Assembly (NCBI RefSeq): GCF_009914755.1 | Contig: NC_060927.1 | Direction: 5' to 3' (one strand) | Source: the human T2T-CHM13v2.0 reference genome, Homo sapiens | DNA: 64,000 nt | Shown: positions 44,131-57,768 of the stretch, one piece after another | Numbering within the stretch: position 1 is the first letter of the stretch | Layout of the letters: each line of letters opens with the position of its first letter | Position numbers and translations under genes: made by a program | Notes under the pieces: model-generated | What the model was told of the DNA's origin: nothing | What the model saw: only the letters and a program-made list of their open reading frames with translations | The model's database searches: none

Positions 44131-46961
44131 TAGAAAACAAACATCGAGAACCCAGGTCTAATCTATTCAGTTGAGATTACTTCCCCCACCGATTAAACAG
44201 ATGAGTAGTCATGGAAGAAAATCACATAGAAGAGCATGTAGATGATACTTTAGAAAAACTGGTTAGTCAAGAAGTAAGAGTGGGAGGATGCAGAGCACGT
44301 ATGCTGCAGGTGTGATGCTAAATTTGATATAGCCCAAAGCATTCTTCTAGCAGAAAGGGTGTTCAGGAAGGGGTTTGGAAGTAATTACACAATAATCAAT
44401 TCAGATTTTTGGTCATCCTTCCTAGACCTTTTCCTAATTGTTCCATTTTGTAATGTCATTCGAGTCATGTGCATAGAATCTGGTTTGTTCTGAAGGTTAA
44501 ATATAAAAGAAACTAGAATACTCAGGAAATGTAATTATAAAACTAGAGATAAAATTTTGGCTTAAAGTTTGACCCAGAGAATAATTATTTTAGATATGCA
44601 TTCCCCTAGTGAATAAAGTAGGAGAATGTTTACATTTTTCTACAATTGAACACCTGGGAACCCATTGATATCTTACTGCTAAATTAGTGAGAGCTCAGAA
44701 TTTGCACTGAGTTTATGGAAATGGGCATTTCTTTCTAAAATAAGTTTTAAAAGTATGCTTCATTGCTTTGCTATAAAACTGGCCCTGAAGTGTTCTGACA
44801 GCTGCTGGTGAAAGCTTTGGAACGTATTTAGCTCTTTTTCAGAGATATTGACCTCCTCACAGCAATTCCAAAGGCAAGAGATTCTTAAGCATAGTGGGAC
44901 AATACAGAGCAAGCTTCTGGGCTGATGCTTATGAATAACTAGACTGAGAGCCCCTCATAACTGCTATTTAGGAAGGCAGTCATGTAAGAATCAGTCTTAT
45001 TCAAATGTGGACCTTTAGAGGAATTACCTATAGGATTAGAGTATAAGTGGATCTGAGAAATAATCCCCTTTATCGTATAAACTCTCCTTGAGTCCCATTC
45101 CACATCTCTTTGTCAATCAAGTGGCACTAGGGGAAGGAAAGGGGATAGAAAGAGAAGATAGAAAAGCAAAATCTCTTTCTTTAGGACTGTGTATAGGGTG
45201 ACATTTTAATATAAGAAATTCCCTTTCTATTAATGTAACCTATTTTCAAAGTATTTATAATTTATGGGATTTGATATCTATTTTAAATCAAATATTAATT
45301 TACTAACTGAGTGCACGTTCCTACATTGCACCTCTCACTCCAGACTAATACAGTTGGAATCTCCCTGCAGCATCCTGGAAAGTTTAGCTTCCTGAGGGCA
45401 AATCTTTTCCTGCCTAGATACTAAATCAACTACATCATATTCTAGAAAACTGGAAAATGTGAAGGAAGGGATTTGTAATAACTCATACACCTAGATGTAG
45501 AACTCCAAGAATCTAGGCCTGCATAAGAGTGCCAAGGAGTTACAGTTCCCCCTTGATGTTTCATATAAACTTCACCTTCCCTTTGTCATCAGGTAATTCA
45601 ATAACGTGTACTTCCTTTAGATTTGGCAATCAGTCCTAAAACCAGTGGTATTTATTATGCTTTCTCCCTTCCAATCTTTCTCAGGTAGAGAAGATAGAAA
45701 TACATTCTGTCCAAAGATGCTTAAGCTGAAGACACTTAAGTATATTTCCAAGGAAATAGAAAATAGATTCTTATCTCTAAGGAGCTTACAGTCAAGCCAA
45801 GAAAATTTGGAAAGTGTGTACGGTGAAGGGGCCAAAGAAATAAAGGCCACCAATCAGCATAAAAAAGAGAAGCCAGAAAGCTGAGAGCCAGTTACAGGCA
45901 ATGACACAGGAGGCCCAGACAGAAGGGCTTTGATGAGGAGGCAGCATCATTTGCTGCAGGAAGTTCTAAGAAAATGAGTCTTCTACAAAGAAAGTGATTC
46001 TTACTAGAAAAAAAAATAACTAGGAATCAAGGCATCTTCTCAAGGACCAAGCAAAATATATTTTTTTCTCTCAAAATGTCAAAACAGATTACTAGTTTTT
46101 ACTAATGAAACAGGTATCTATCTCCATTACACAACAGTAATAGGAGTTAATTATTAACATTGACCCAGTATGATCTTCTAAATAAGGATTATGCTTCTTT
46201 CTCCTATTTTCTTTCTTTTTTTCTCATAAGATAATCCAAAATACCACATAATATAATTTGAAGTTAATATTCAGCTCTAAAATTTAGGCTCAGAATTTAT
46301 GGTATTTCTTTTTATCTTATTTTCTAACAAAGGGATATTTAGTACAGCATCTTAAATCAGACCAGTCCACTCTCAAATGTGAATATTTTTAGAAGAGCAA
46401 AAAGACTAAAGGCACTTTGGTTCCACATAACAAAACAGCTCTTTCATTCTGTGTTCATCTTTATGTGATTTCTTTCTGTTATGTGCCACATTTTTTTTCT
46501 TCCAAAAGATACTCACTTGTGGTAACCCCATATGCATCATATTTGCAACTTGTTGTTTGATGCCATCTGTTTAATACAATAAAAAAGAATTAGCAGTCCT
46601 ATCACATGAGCTGAATTTCATCTGATTCCTCTTCAAAGAAATAGGAGGCACTATTCTAATGGGCAAAAATAATGAGTGCTAAATCCTTCAACTAGTTTTA
46701 GATGTAAAACACCTGTTTTACCCCAGTATAGATGTTACATATTCTTCTACATCATTACCCTCCCTTTTTTTTTAAGCTAAACGGACTGGCTTCTGGCAAA
46801 TCCAGACCATTTAACAAACTCCAGCAGATATGTTTTATAAGCGTAGGAGCTGACTATATTGTGGAGAGCTCCGGATTTACATTTCGTCGCACAATCAACC
46901 TACTGCCCCTTGGGCACTCATACAACCTCTCTGTAGGTCTTCATTTTGAAAATAGGGATAC

Positions 46962-47355
46962 TGTTATGGGTTATGTTTCCCCAAATTCATGTGTAGAGTC
47001 ATAACCACCAAGACGTCCGAATGTGACCTTATTTGGAGGTAGGTCTTTACAAAGGTAATCAAGTTAACATGAGGTCATTGGGTAGGTCTCCTCTACTATG
47101 ATTTATGTCCTTATCATAGGGAAATGTGGACACAAGCACATGAAGAGAACACCATGTGAACATAAAGATGGCCATCTACGAGCCAAGGAGAGAAGCATGG
47201 AATGGATGCTTCCCTCATAGCCTTCAGAAGAAACCAACTTTGCCAACACCTTGATTTCAGACTTCTAGCCTCCAAAACTGTGAGACAATAAATTTCTGTT
47301 GTTTAAGCCACCCAGTGTGTAGTATTTTGTTATGGGAGCCCTAGCAAACTAACAA
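46962..47355 (+). mobile_element. MaLR solo LTR (MLT1B-like) inserted in a MIR
   Basis: tgttatggg...gaatgtgaccttatttgga...aactgtgagacaataaatttctgttgtttaagccaccca...ccctagcaaactaa; near-TSD gatac/gatgc. Confidence 0.88.
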
Positions 47356-47849
47356 GATGCATTATGAATCCCCCGCATTAGGCTGCATTAAGGATTGCAA
47401 AAATATGTAAAATGTTCAACCCACCCTCAGAGCCGTAACTGCCCTTTCTAGAAAAATGTACTTGACCATAGTTTTAGTGAACTTGGAAGGCAACTCGTGC
47501 TCTCATGTAAAATGTGCTTCAACTCTCATTACAGAGTCCATAGCCTTAGAGTATCTTGCTCAGAACATCTCTACTTTCTACCCAGGGCTCAAGTCAGGAC
47601 AATTTGGTCCCAAGAAACCACAGTGAAATGTGAATCCCTAAAAAAAACATGGCAAGTGTTGTGTGGATATACATCAACAGAAACTGAAACTGAGGGATCA
47701 CACTTTCTCCCCAGTTCTCTTCTGTCATCTAATCCACTCTCTTCCACCTAAAATTTTCCTTTGCTCACACAGAGTTCCTTACTGATTCCCTTTAGCATCT
47801 ATGTGGTTCATTAGGCCACTCAGGCAGCCTTTCTTTGGCTACTTTCTCA

Positions 47850-48022
47850 ATAGTGGCTCTCAAAATTTTAGCAGCATCAGAATCACCTGGAGGGTATGTA
47901 AAACTCAGGTTTCTGGGCCCTACCTTCGGAGTTTCTGACTCGGTAGGTCTGGAGAAAAAACTAACAAGTTCCCATGTGATGTTGATGCTGCTGGTCCAGG
48001 GACCACCTTTAAGAAGCACTGT
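47850..48022. mobile_element. MER5A
   Basis: tagtggctctcaaa...gcatcagaatcacctggaggg...gctggtccagggaccaccttt. Confidence 0.85.
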
Positions 48023-48095
48023 TCTATAGTATGACATTTCTGCTTCAGTTTTCATGGATTACTTATTATAACCTTTCAGGTTCCCAAAATCTATA

Positions 48096-48624
48096 TATTT
48101 TTTTCTTTTTCAACTTTTATTATAGAATCTGGGGTACATGTGCAGGTTTGTTGCAAGGATATATTGTGTGATACTGAGATTTGGGGTATGATTGAACCTG
48201 TCACCCAGGTACTAAGCGTAGTACCCAATAGATAGTTTTTCAGCCCTTGCCCCCCTCCTCCCTCTAGTAGTCCCCAGTATCTATTGCTCCCATCTTTATG
48301 TCCATGTGTACCCAATGTTGAGCTCTCACTTGTGGGAACATAACTGCATTTAGTTTTCTGTTTCTGCATTCTGTTTCTCCTGTTCTCTTAGGATAATGGC
48401 CTCCAGCTGTATCCATGTTGCTGCAAAAGGCATAATTTCATTCTTTTTTATGGCTGCATAGTATATTCCATGGTGTATATGTACTACATTTTCTTTTTAG
48501 CCTGGGCACCCACAGTGGATTGGGCACTGGGCCCTTGATGGGCACCTGGGTTCATTCCACATTTTTGCTCTTGTGAATGGCGTTAAGATGAACATACAGG
48601 TGCATATGTTCTTGTGGCAGAATG
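48096..48624 (-). mobile_element. 5'-truncated older L1PA (PA13-16-like) 3' end
   Basis: ggggtacatgtgcaggtttgtt...gtcacccaggtactaagcgtagtacccaatag; TSD aaaatctata at 48086-48095 and 48627-48636. Confidence 0.85.
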
Positions 48625-48955
48625 CAAAAATCTATACTCTTAAGAGGACTCTGACCTCCATCCTCTTTTTGCCTTTGCTACACAGGTCTCTGGCCATCCT
48701 CTATATGGAAATACTTAGGGTAAGTAGTCAATCAGCCATGGCCAATGAAGGGTTGGGTCATACACCCAACACTTGGCTATTTATCACCCCACACATTCAG
48801 ATTTTTAGGAAGAGGAGAGTCGAGGACTCTGACATGTGTCTATTCACAAAATGTGAGCCAAACATTCATTTACAAGTCAATTATTTGTCACAGTAAGTTC
48901 TCAGATGTTCACTTCATTCTGTACATTATTAGAAAGGCTAAAGTATAGCTCTTCT

Positions 48956-49146
48956 GTGGTTTGGAATGCCCCCACCAAAAGTCATGCTGGAATTTAATTG
49001 CCATTGCAACCACATTGAGAGGTGACCTTAAAGAGAAGGTTCGGCAATAAAAGTGAAGCTGTTATTGCAGGAGGGGATTTGCTAACGCAGGAGTGGGCTC
49101 CTGATTTAAAAGAAGAAGAAGAAGAGAAGAAGAAGAAGAAGAAGAA

Positions 49147-49187
<41 letters not shown>

Positions 49188-49206
49188 GGAAGAAGAGGAA
49201 GAAGAG

Positions 49207-49238
<32 letters not shown>

Positions 49239-49528
49239 AGAAGAAGAAGAAGAAGAAGAAGAAGAAGAAGAAGAAGAAGAAGAAGAAGAAGAAGAAGAAG
49301 AAGGAAGAAGAAGAAAAAGATTAGTTCGGCCCAACTTTCTGTTTCACATGCCTTGCTTTCTTTTCCATTATGAAATAACACAGCAATAAGACCCTCACTG
49401 GTGCCAGTGCCATGCTCTTAGACTTCTCAGCCTCCAGAACCATGAGCCAAAATAAATCTGTTTTCTTTATAAATGTTGGAGCCTGTGGTATTCCATTATA
49501 GCGACAGAAACCTGCTAAGACTAAGACA
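48956..49528 (+). mobile_element. MaLR solo LTR (MSTC/D-like) containing the GAA tract
   Basis: tgtggtttggaatgcccccaccaaaagtcatg...gacttctcagcctccagaaccatgagccaaaataaa...ctaagaca. Confidence 0.8.
49112..49315 (+). repeat. Long interrupted (GAA)n trinucleotide repeat
   Basis: (GAA)4 GA (GAA)14 (GAGGAAGAA)5 GAG (GAA)29 G (GAA)4; unbroken purine tract 49108-49320. Confidence 0.97.
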
Positions 49529-51394
49529 GCATCTCAGAACCATATGAGTTTTATGCTAATAGAAAAGCACATTTAGAATTCTAATTCATGTCATCTGGAA
49601 CTCTCATATCAGAGATTATTCAGGTAAAATTATGATGGGTTATGGCAGACTTGCAGCTTTGATGTCCCCGTGGATAGACCCAAATGCATCAATAGCAGCA
49701 GAAGGAAAGACAGGATCTTATAACAGATGTTGATAGGTGTTTTCATATGTGAGTGCATTAACTGAATGTTTACAAAGGACTATCTGTGTGTCTTCACAAG
49801 TAGATTGCCTGTTCCTCTATAGCACACTGAATCTTGATTTTCCCCCAAATCAAGCATAGAGCTATACATATAGTAGATGATTAATAAATATTTAATCAAC
49901 AAGTGAATGATCATCATCCATTATGTTTGTGTAGTTACTTAGAATGTTTTCTTTTGCATTATCTTCCTCAACATTAAAATGTATGGAGTTTTCTCTAAAG
50001 TCATTTTTTAGCTTTTATATTTCAAGTTGACCTCATTATGGGCCAGTCATGGAGTGATGTCATAATCAAGAAAAACTAAATGCCTTAAAATTTTAAAAAC
50101 ATAACTTCTTTACTTATGTCTGATGAACTCTATTGACCATAGTGACTATTTCTTTAAAATCTCCTTATCTCTCTCCACCTGCTTTCCTTATGCTCTGGAG
50201 CTGCTCCCAAGCCTATTTTTAAACTCTTGAGAAAAGTTTTCCCTCAGCTCTAATCCACATGTCTCCCATCCTTCTTTATCCCTCTCCCTTTTCCCCAAAT
50301 CCTGTATTACATTCTGTATCCACAGCCCTCCTGAGTCAGGATTGCCAGGAAAGCTTGAACTACTCATGTAATGCTCCAATACCAATACCAAACTTAATTT
50401 GGGGGCTTTTTATCAGCATCTCCCCAATAACAATGACTTCATCACAATAGCCTTATTCCTCCAGGATTCTTTGTTCTACCTTCTAAATATTTGTGTCAAG
50501 TTACAATTAATTTCTCCTTTGTGGATATCCACAACAAGAACAGGCTCACATAGATAACAGAAATGATCATTAGTTTTTCAAATATGATTTCATTTAAAAG
50601 CAAGAATTTTCTTCCGCCTTCTGCTATGCAGATGCATTCCTTTCTCCCCACACTCTCAACTCTCAAATTCTTAAGCATAGTAAGTACAGTTTGGGGGAAA
50701 GGTGTTTTTTAATCTAGAAAAGAATCCGGAGAACTTTGCAAGATTTTCTCAAGTGGTTCCTACACTCCCTTTAGTGCAGATTAAATACAGTCCTCTAAAT
50801 GATGAGATGGCAGCTGTAAACAGAAGCAGTATTGCCGTGGCACAAAACTACCTCAGTCATAGGGCCAGAAGGCAACCTGCCTATTTTGAATTTGGTCATG
50901 CAAGGAAAGAATGCCTTATCTCTATTTCCCTCAGGCCAAGCTCTGTTTACTTATGTACTGTCTCAGGAATATGACAGGATCCAAGGCCAGGGTCAAGATA
51001 TGGAGATAGGATGTAATAGAGAAAGACTAAGTGTGAAGCTAAACTTCATTATTTGCATCCAAATGATAAAAATAATAGTAGAATCTAGAGATGGGTAATG
51101 ACTGCCCTTAAAATTGGTAGCAAATGTTCAGGTTTTTACTGGGAACAACCTTAGTTATACATGGAACTTCCTATTCTCAGTCCAATGGCCACTCTTGAAA
51201 AGGACATTACGTTCCTGGCAATTAAGTCAAACCTTAAGCTACTCTCATAGTTCAGTGCTCTCAGTTCCAAAATATAAAGCGAGGATAGTAAAAAAGGAGA
51301 GATGCTCTGGCCTACCATGAGCCCCTCAAAATTACCACTCTTTGAGCTCAAAAGCTCAAGCTTGAGCTTTTACACTCAATCAATTTGTTAAGTT

Positions 51395-51720
51395 TTTGTT
51401 CTTACTATTCCCTCGGTCCAGAATGCTCTCTACTCTCCCCATAAGCTTGGCAAATTCTTTCTTCTCTGTTTTGGTTTCAGTTTAAACATCACTTATGCCA
51501 GAGATCCTTCCCTGGCCCTTCCTATTCCCCTTTAAACTGGGTGAGACTCCTGCTAGAGCTTCTTTCTGTAGTACCAAGTACTGACCCCACTGGGTACTTA
51601 TCAGGCACAGCTTAGGAATTGTCTGTCTTTCTTCTTAACAATAAATTCCATGAAGGCAACAACCCTCTCTACTTTTCTCATCATTTTGAACAAGTGCTTA
51701 GCACATATGAGGTGATAAAT
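51395..51720 (+). mobile_element. L2 3' relic
   Basis: ttccctcggtccagaatgctctc...taaacatcactt...ccttccctg...aaattccatgaaggca...agtgcttagcacata. Confidence 0.65.
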
Positions 51721-52429
51721 AGAGCTTTATTTTTGTTCTCAGGCTATTCAGAGAGAAAAAAGTTTTGAAATATTTTTAGACATAGTGTCTTCTTTTTTAG
51801 GATTCTCTATATATACATTTTATATTATTGCATAGCTTGAATTAGTCTTGCATACTAACCTTATATCACATATAATTTTGTCCTACTTCCAGTTTTTCCT
51901 TTTTCTTCTTAGTTCCTATCTGTTTTCCCCTCCTCTGTCCCCAGCTGCTATTCCAGGACAGCACTTTCTAAAATTCCATAGTTCTCTGTGCTTCAAAATT
52001 TTGAGAATTCTTGCTCAACATGACTATTTCTAGAAACTGCTTGCAGCAGTTCCAAAGTCCATGGCTTCAGCATCAAGGTCATGGGAAAATCTTTACTGTT
52101 CAGAGAGAGATTTCTAGAGCCCTCCAGTGAATATGTACAAATCTTCTACGGGGCAATAGCAGAAGAGCCAACACGTGATAACTTTTGCTTATAATATTCT
52201 TTCTGAAATGGGTAGCCTCAACTGGCAATTTACATCTAAAATATCCACTTTGTTTTAGAATTAAGCTCTATTTATCTTAGTAGTGGCACGTTCTTTAAAA
52301 TAAAAGAATTATTTTTCAAGACTGAGGCTTGGAGAAAAAAATAAAATAAAATAATTGAAAAAACACTACTAGGGAAAAAGAGAAACATGAGCAAGGTAAA
52401 GAAATTAAAACAAGACAAAACAAAAACTC

Positions 52430-55425
52430 ATCACCTTTAAATGTGTTCAAATCTCCAGGTCCAGATTATTCAGAACAAACTTGCAGATCAATGAGGGAGC
52501 AAGCACCCAGGGAGAGAAACAGGTTGAAGATAAACATTAATAACTATAAAGGTACTTGTATTCCCGAGACAGAAAATTGACCTTCTAATTTAGAGATTGA
52601 TCAGCTTACTGTTGATCACTAGCAAAATTCTAGGATAAATATTAAAAGCCAATTTGTGAACATTTGGGCCAGAAAAATCTTGCCTTAATCCCAAAGGAGT
52701 TTTTTAAGATCAAGTTATGCCAAACTTGAAACACTACATCAGATGAATATCAAAGAGAAATTCAATTACAGTAAGGCTCTTGACAAAGTTTGTTATCTTT
52801 AAGAACCAGATGGCAAACTGAGGGCTACATAAAAATACAGTTGGGTGAATTCAGAGTCAATTGAATAAGCATATTAAGGGCAATTGTTTAGAGGATCCAT
52901 GTCCTTTGAGAGGAATTCTCTCTCCGGAATGATCACCCTGCCTGGTGTCACTGATGATGATTTAGATGATATTTTCAGAACTGCCAAATAACCAAACTGG
53001 GAGGGAAAATACGTTGGTTAATAGGATCAGATCAAGATTGAGAAATATTCTAACAGGCAATAAATATCAGAGCCGAGAATTCCACAAATGCATGATTAAG
53101 GACATATGTCCGAACAGGAATTTCTCTTAATAAAGTATTATATAGGTTGACTTACAAAAATCAGGAAACACAAACAAGCAAACAGAAAAAACTGTAAATG
53201 TGATAGTCATTAGGACTGTCTGCAAAAATTGTTCTTCTGAGCTCATTGGAAGCTTGCATTTCTTTGTTCCTTTGAAGTGAGGCATGAGATTTTCTTTGAA
53301 CAACAAAATACCAGAAGTGTCATGCAGTGTGTGCAAGTTGCCTCATCCTTTTTTCCTGCCTCAGTGGTAGTGGAAGCTTCTGGAGCCATCTGTCTGTGTC
53401 TGTGAGTGGGTGTGATCAGTAGGCCCCTCTCTCATAAACCGTGCTGATAAGCAGCATAAGCAAGAACTAATTTTTGATTGTGTTTAGTCACTGGGATTTG
53501 GGGATTATTTGTTCAGTATAATCCAACCTATTCTGAGTGATGAAACTAGTATTTCAGAACATAAAGATAAGAAAAAGTGTGTTTGTGCTGTGTTAATTCC
53601 AAGACTTTTAGCACACATATGCAATATACACATAAATTATAAAAATGTCATGTATATTGTAACATACTTGTTTACTTCATTATATTGTGAAGTAAGTATA
53701 TTTCTAAATCAGTTTTTTAACTAAATAATAGTAATGGTCCATTACTTGAACATGTCATACCTAACCAATTCCCTATTGTAAAAACTTTATTTTTTCTATT
53801 TTGATATTATAAATAGTGCTATGATAAGACTCTTTGCACACATTTTTAATATTTCACTTAGAATAAATTAGGAAAAGTGATATTTTTGAGAACAAATTAA
53901 TTGCTTTCTTAAGCTTTGATCATATATTTCCAAATTATACTAAATAAGTAATAAAAATGTATAGTTCCATCAGCTGTGTGTGAGAAAATCTGTTTTTCCA
54001 AGTATTTGTCTGCATAGAATATTGGCTATTAATTTCATTTTTAGCAGTTTAATTTTGCCAGCAACTTTGGCATCTAGCTTGTTTGAACATTTCATCACAT
54101 GTTTGTGAGCCATTTTATTTCTTCATTTGTGACTCACTTATTCATGCTCTTTATTCATTGTTCTACTGATATTAGTCTATTTCAGTTGATTCTCAAGGGC
54201 TCTTGAGATATTAAGTCTGTTAACCCCTACATGTATTTTGCAAGCATATTTCTGTTTTCTGTTTATTTTTTGATATTTTTATTATTCTTCCACTTTGGAG
54301 CTTTAAATTTTAGTTGGCAAAATATAGCAGTCTGTCTTATGTGACTTATATCCTTGAAGGATACATTTGGAATTCTCAAATCTCCAAGTAAAATTAGCAT
54401 TTTCAAATATAATATTTTCCTCTAGTTCTTTATTTTGTTTTTACACATACATTTTTAATCCATCTAGAATTTATTTCTGAATATTAAATATGACAGGATT
54501 CTTCCCCTCCCACCCAAAAATACCTAGTGTTTTTAACTAATCTTAAACTCAACAAGAAGCATTAGAGAGGCAAACACACACATTAATGCAATCTTAAACT
54601 TCTTTAACAAAATCTAGGACACACCAAAAAGGAAGTCATAATTCTACTACTCTTCATCTGTTAGACCACTTCTAAAATTCAATTAGGACATTGATAAATA
54701 GGAGGATAGTCAGAGAAGGGCAACCAGAATGGTGGTGGTTCAGGAAACCATATCTTTTGAAGAAGAATTCAAAAAATGTTTTGCTCGGGAAGAGATTTAT
54801 ATTGACATGAAAATTGTATTCATAATTAGGAAGGATTGGCATGAAAATGTGGTAGATTCATTCTGTGTAGTTCTAGATATTGGCATTTGGCACATTAAAA
54901 TTTATAGCAAATCTTACTTAAATAAAAGGAAGAATTTTATATTCAAAAATGAGGTACAGTTATCCCTCAGTATCTATGGAGGATTGGTTCTAGGACCTCT
55001 CATGGATACCAAAATCCACAGATGCTCAAGTCTCTGATATAAAATGGCATAGTATTTGCACTGGACCTATGGACATTCTCTTTTAAATCATCCCTAGATT
55101 ACTTCTAATACCTAATACACTGTAAATGCAATGTAAATAGTCGTTATGCTGTATCGTTTAAGGATAATGACAAGAAAAAAAGTCAATACGTGCTTAGCAC
55201 AGATGCAGTTTTTTTCCCCAAATATTTTTCATTCATGGTTGGTTGAATCCATTGATGCAGAACCCACAGATACAGAGGACTGACTATACTGACATCCTAC
55301 TGCTGTAGGAATTCAAACAATTACTAAATGCCATTCAAGTTTGTACAGGAGATCCTTGCTTGGGTTGGGATGTTAAACTGATGACCTCTAAGGCCTCTTC
55401 CAAAGTCTAAGATTTTATGATTCTG
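52430..55425 (+). mobile_element. CR1/L3 LINE relic broken by MLT1 (~53330-53545), L1ME (~53600-54500) and MER2 insertions
   Basis: CR1-like RT-region motifs (aaatctccaggtccaga; agtaaggctcttgacaaagt; cagagaagggcaaccagaatggtg) and 3' end gatgacctctaaggcctcttcc...ttttatgattct. Confidence 0.55.
54957..55286. mobile_element. MER2 (TcMar-Tigger MITE)
   Basis: TA-flanked; imperfect TIRs cagttatccctcagtatc / gatacagaggactgact; internal ggataccaaaatccacagatgctcaagtc. Confidence 0.88.
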
Positions 55426-57545
55426 GATTGTTTGACCTAGCTGAAGAAAATGACCTAGTAAATAACTATTGTTACTTTCAAAAATTTAAGTCTGAGTTCT
55501 GAAAAAGGCTTAAAGTGGGAGGATAAGACAGAGCATCGGCAACTTAGGGGATTGGCAGACAAGCCCAGGCCCTCCCACCCAATGATAAGCAGTAGAATCT
55601 TAGGCAGATCACTTATCTCACCCGGGCTACAGTTTGTCATTCTAAAATGAGAGAGTTGAACTAAAATATCATTACCAGATGATCTAAGAGTCCCCTCAAA
55701 GCCTAAGATCCTATAATTCTATGTTTAATAAATAGGTATAATAAATGACATAGTCAGGTTTTCAAATAGAAACTCCTATGCCTATTTTAATAAACTCTGG
55801 CTGTCTCAGTGACTTGTCCTATTGAGAGCCTCAGATGCAAAAACCAGAGGTTAAATCCAAGGTTCACACATTTGTCATTCATCAAAAAAAAAGTTTAAGA
55901 ACTTATTTTGCATGGGGCGCAATGCTAGGTACTATTGATTCAAGGGCAATTAAAGTGAAGACTGTTGTACTGTCAAAGATCTCACAGTTTAGTGGTGATG
56001 ACAGCCTAGTAGACCAACAATTATGCTACTACATAACAATTGTGTTGGATGTCTTTAACTGCCATAGTGTCAGAGACTGACAGCCTACTTGGCCTTTAGA
56101 TATCTCAAATATACCCCAAGAGACTCTAGCTTATAATTTCTATCCTCATGCTTTTGCGTTACTGAAGGTGAATGTGTTCCCTGTTTAAAAAGTTTAATAA
56201 TTTGCCATTTGGGAGTATTTACTGTGTGCTCTATAGCATGCTATTTAATCAGAATTTCTTTAGAGAACAGTTAACTTTAAATCAAATGGAACTTATAAGT
56301 GAGATATTCTCCTTTATCTTTGGATATTTTTTTGCACTTGGGTTTCAAATGCTGAAAATGAATGTTCTCTCCATCATAACATTCACAGACCCTTTTCCTG
56401 ACTTTTCATGGTGTGTGACTGTGGCCTGACACTTGCTACAGATGAGAACCCTTTCAAGCTACAATTGGAGGGCTCAATCTACTTCTACCATTTTCAAAGA
56501 CATGGTTGGTAGCTTGGGCTACTCTAGGCTTTCTCTTCTGTGTTCTCTGGGGCTCTGCTTCTGACCTGCCTTTTTCCTCTTTTTCCTTCTGGTCCACTTC
56601 ACCTCAAAGAGGACACATGGGAGATAGGGGAGGCATTCCACAGCCACGGCCAAGAAGAAAGGACCACCCCGGGGTCGAGTCTCTGGCAGCGTACCCAATC
56701 TATTCTGGGGTGAATCCAACCTGATTGCATGTTTCTCTAAAATAGATCACCAAGTTGAAGATACACCAATTTTTTTCTACAGTTTTTAAATAAACTTAGA
56801 CTTTGTAGTCCGCCAAAATAAACATTAGAGAATAAAGCAGTAAATTTTTCAGTAAATATATTAGAAATAGAGGGTAAGAAATCCTCCAGTCTGGCAAAGA
56901 CTGGAATGGGAGCATGAATTGGAAACAGGTCAAGACTCCTGGCCATAAATAGTCTTCTCACTTTAACCAAGATGTTTGTCTCATGCATTCTGACCCAAGA
57001 AGGTTACTAGTTTCCAGGAGGAGAATTGGTGGGACTTTTCAGCCCTAAATGTGCTTAAAGGACAAAGGAAGGAAACTCAGTCACAGAAACGAGTGGATGG
57101 AAAAAACCATTATGCTATTTTCTTTTTAATGTCATTTCAAAGCAGTAATTTGGATAGATGTCATGTTGTTTCCTATGAATGCCATGGGGTTATATCTGGA
57201 TGACTACCTTCCTATGACCAAAAACTAAGAGTGACATAGTGATAAATTCACCCAGGTCAGAAGTAGAGTCTGGGACTTTTGTGTGTCAGTCTGCTATTTA
57301 ACACCAAGGCCTTTGTCCTCTAAAGGTAGAAAAGTCCAAGAGGAGAAAGCATGTGTCAATATTATTTTAAATGACATTAATTTGATATTCCCTAAATGAA
57401 AAGAAGATCTTTATAAAGACCCTTTGTCTCTTCTCCTGTTTACTTCTCCCATCTATCTACCTTTTATTCTTTCTCTCTAAAAAGAGCCTAAGATGATGCA
57501 GTAAGATTGAAATAGCTAAACCTACCACACAGGGATGCTTTAAAG

Positions 57546-57768
57546 CAAGCTTGTCCAACCTGAAGCCTGCAAGCCTCATGAGGCCCAGGACAGCTTTGAA
57601 AGCAGCCCAACACAATTCATAAACTTTCTTAAAACATTAGGAGATTTGTTTTGCAATTTTTTTTCAGCTCATCAGCTATCGTTAGTGTTAGTGTATTTTA
57701 TGTGTGGCCCAAGACAATTCTTCTTCTTCCAATATGGCCTAGGGAAGACAAAAGATTGCACACCCCTG
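57546..57768. mobile_element. MER30 (hAT-Charlie)
   Basis: caagcttgtccaacc...gcacacccctg; perfect 8-bp TSD ctttaaag at 57538-57545 and 57769-57776. Confidence 0.9.

Noticed and set aside
45645-45884. 79-aa charged ORF that looks protein-like
   Set aside because: No recognisable homology and no convincing acceptor/donor pair.
49022-49381. Poly-Lys, poly-Ser and poly-Leu ORFs
   Set aside because: These are translations of the GAA/TTC microsatellite inside an LTR; no splice or start context.
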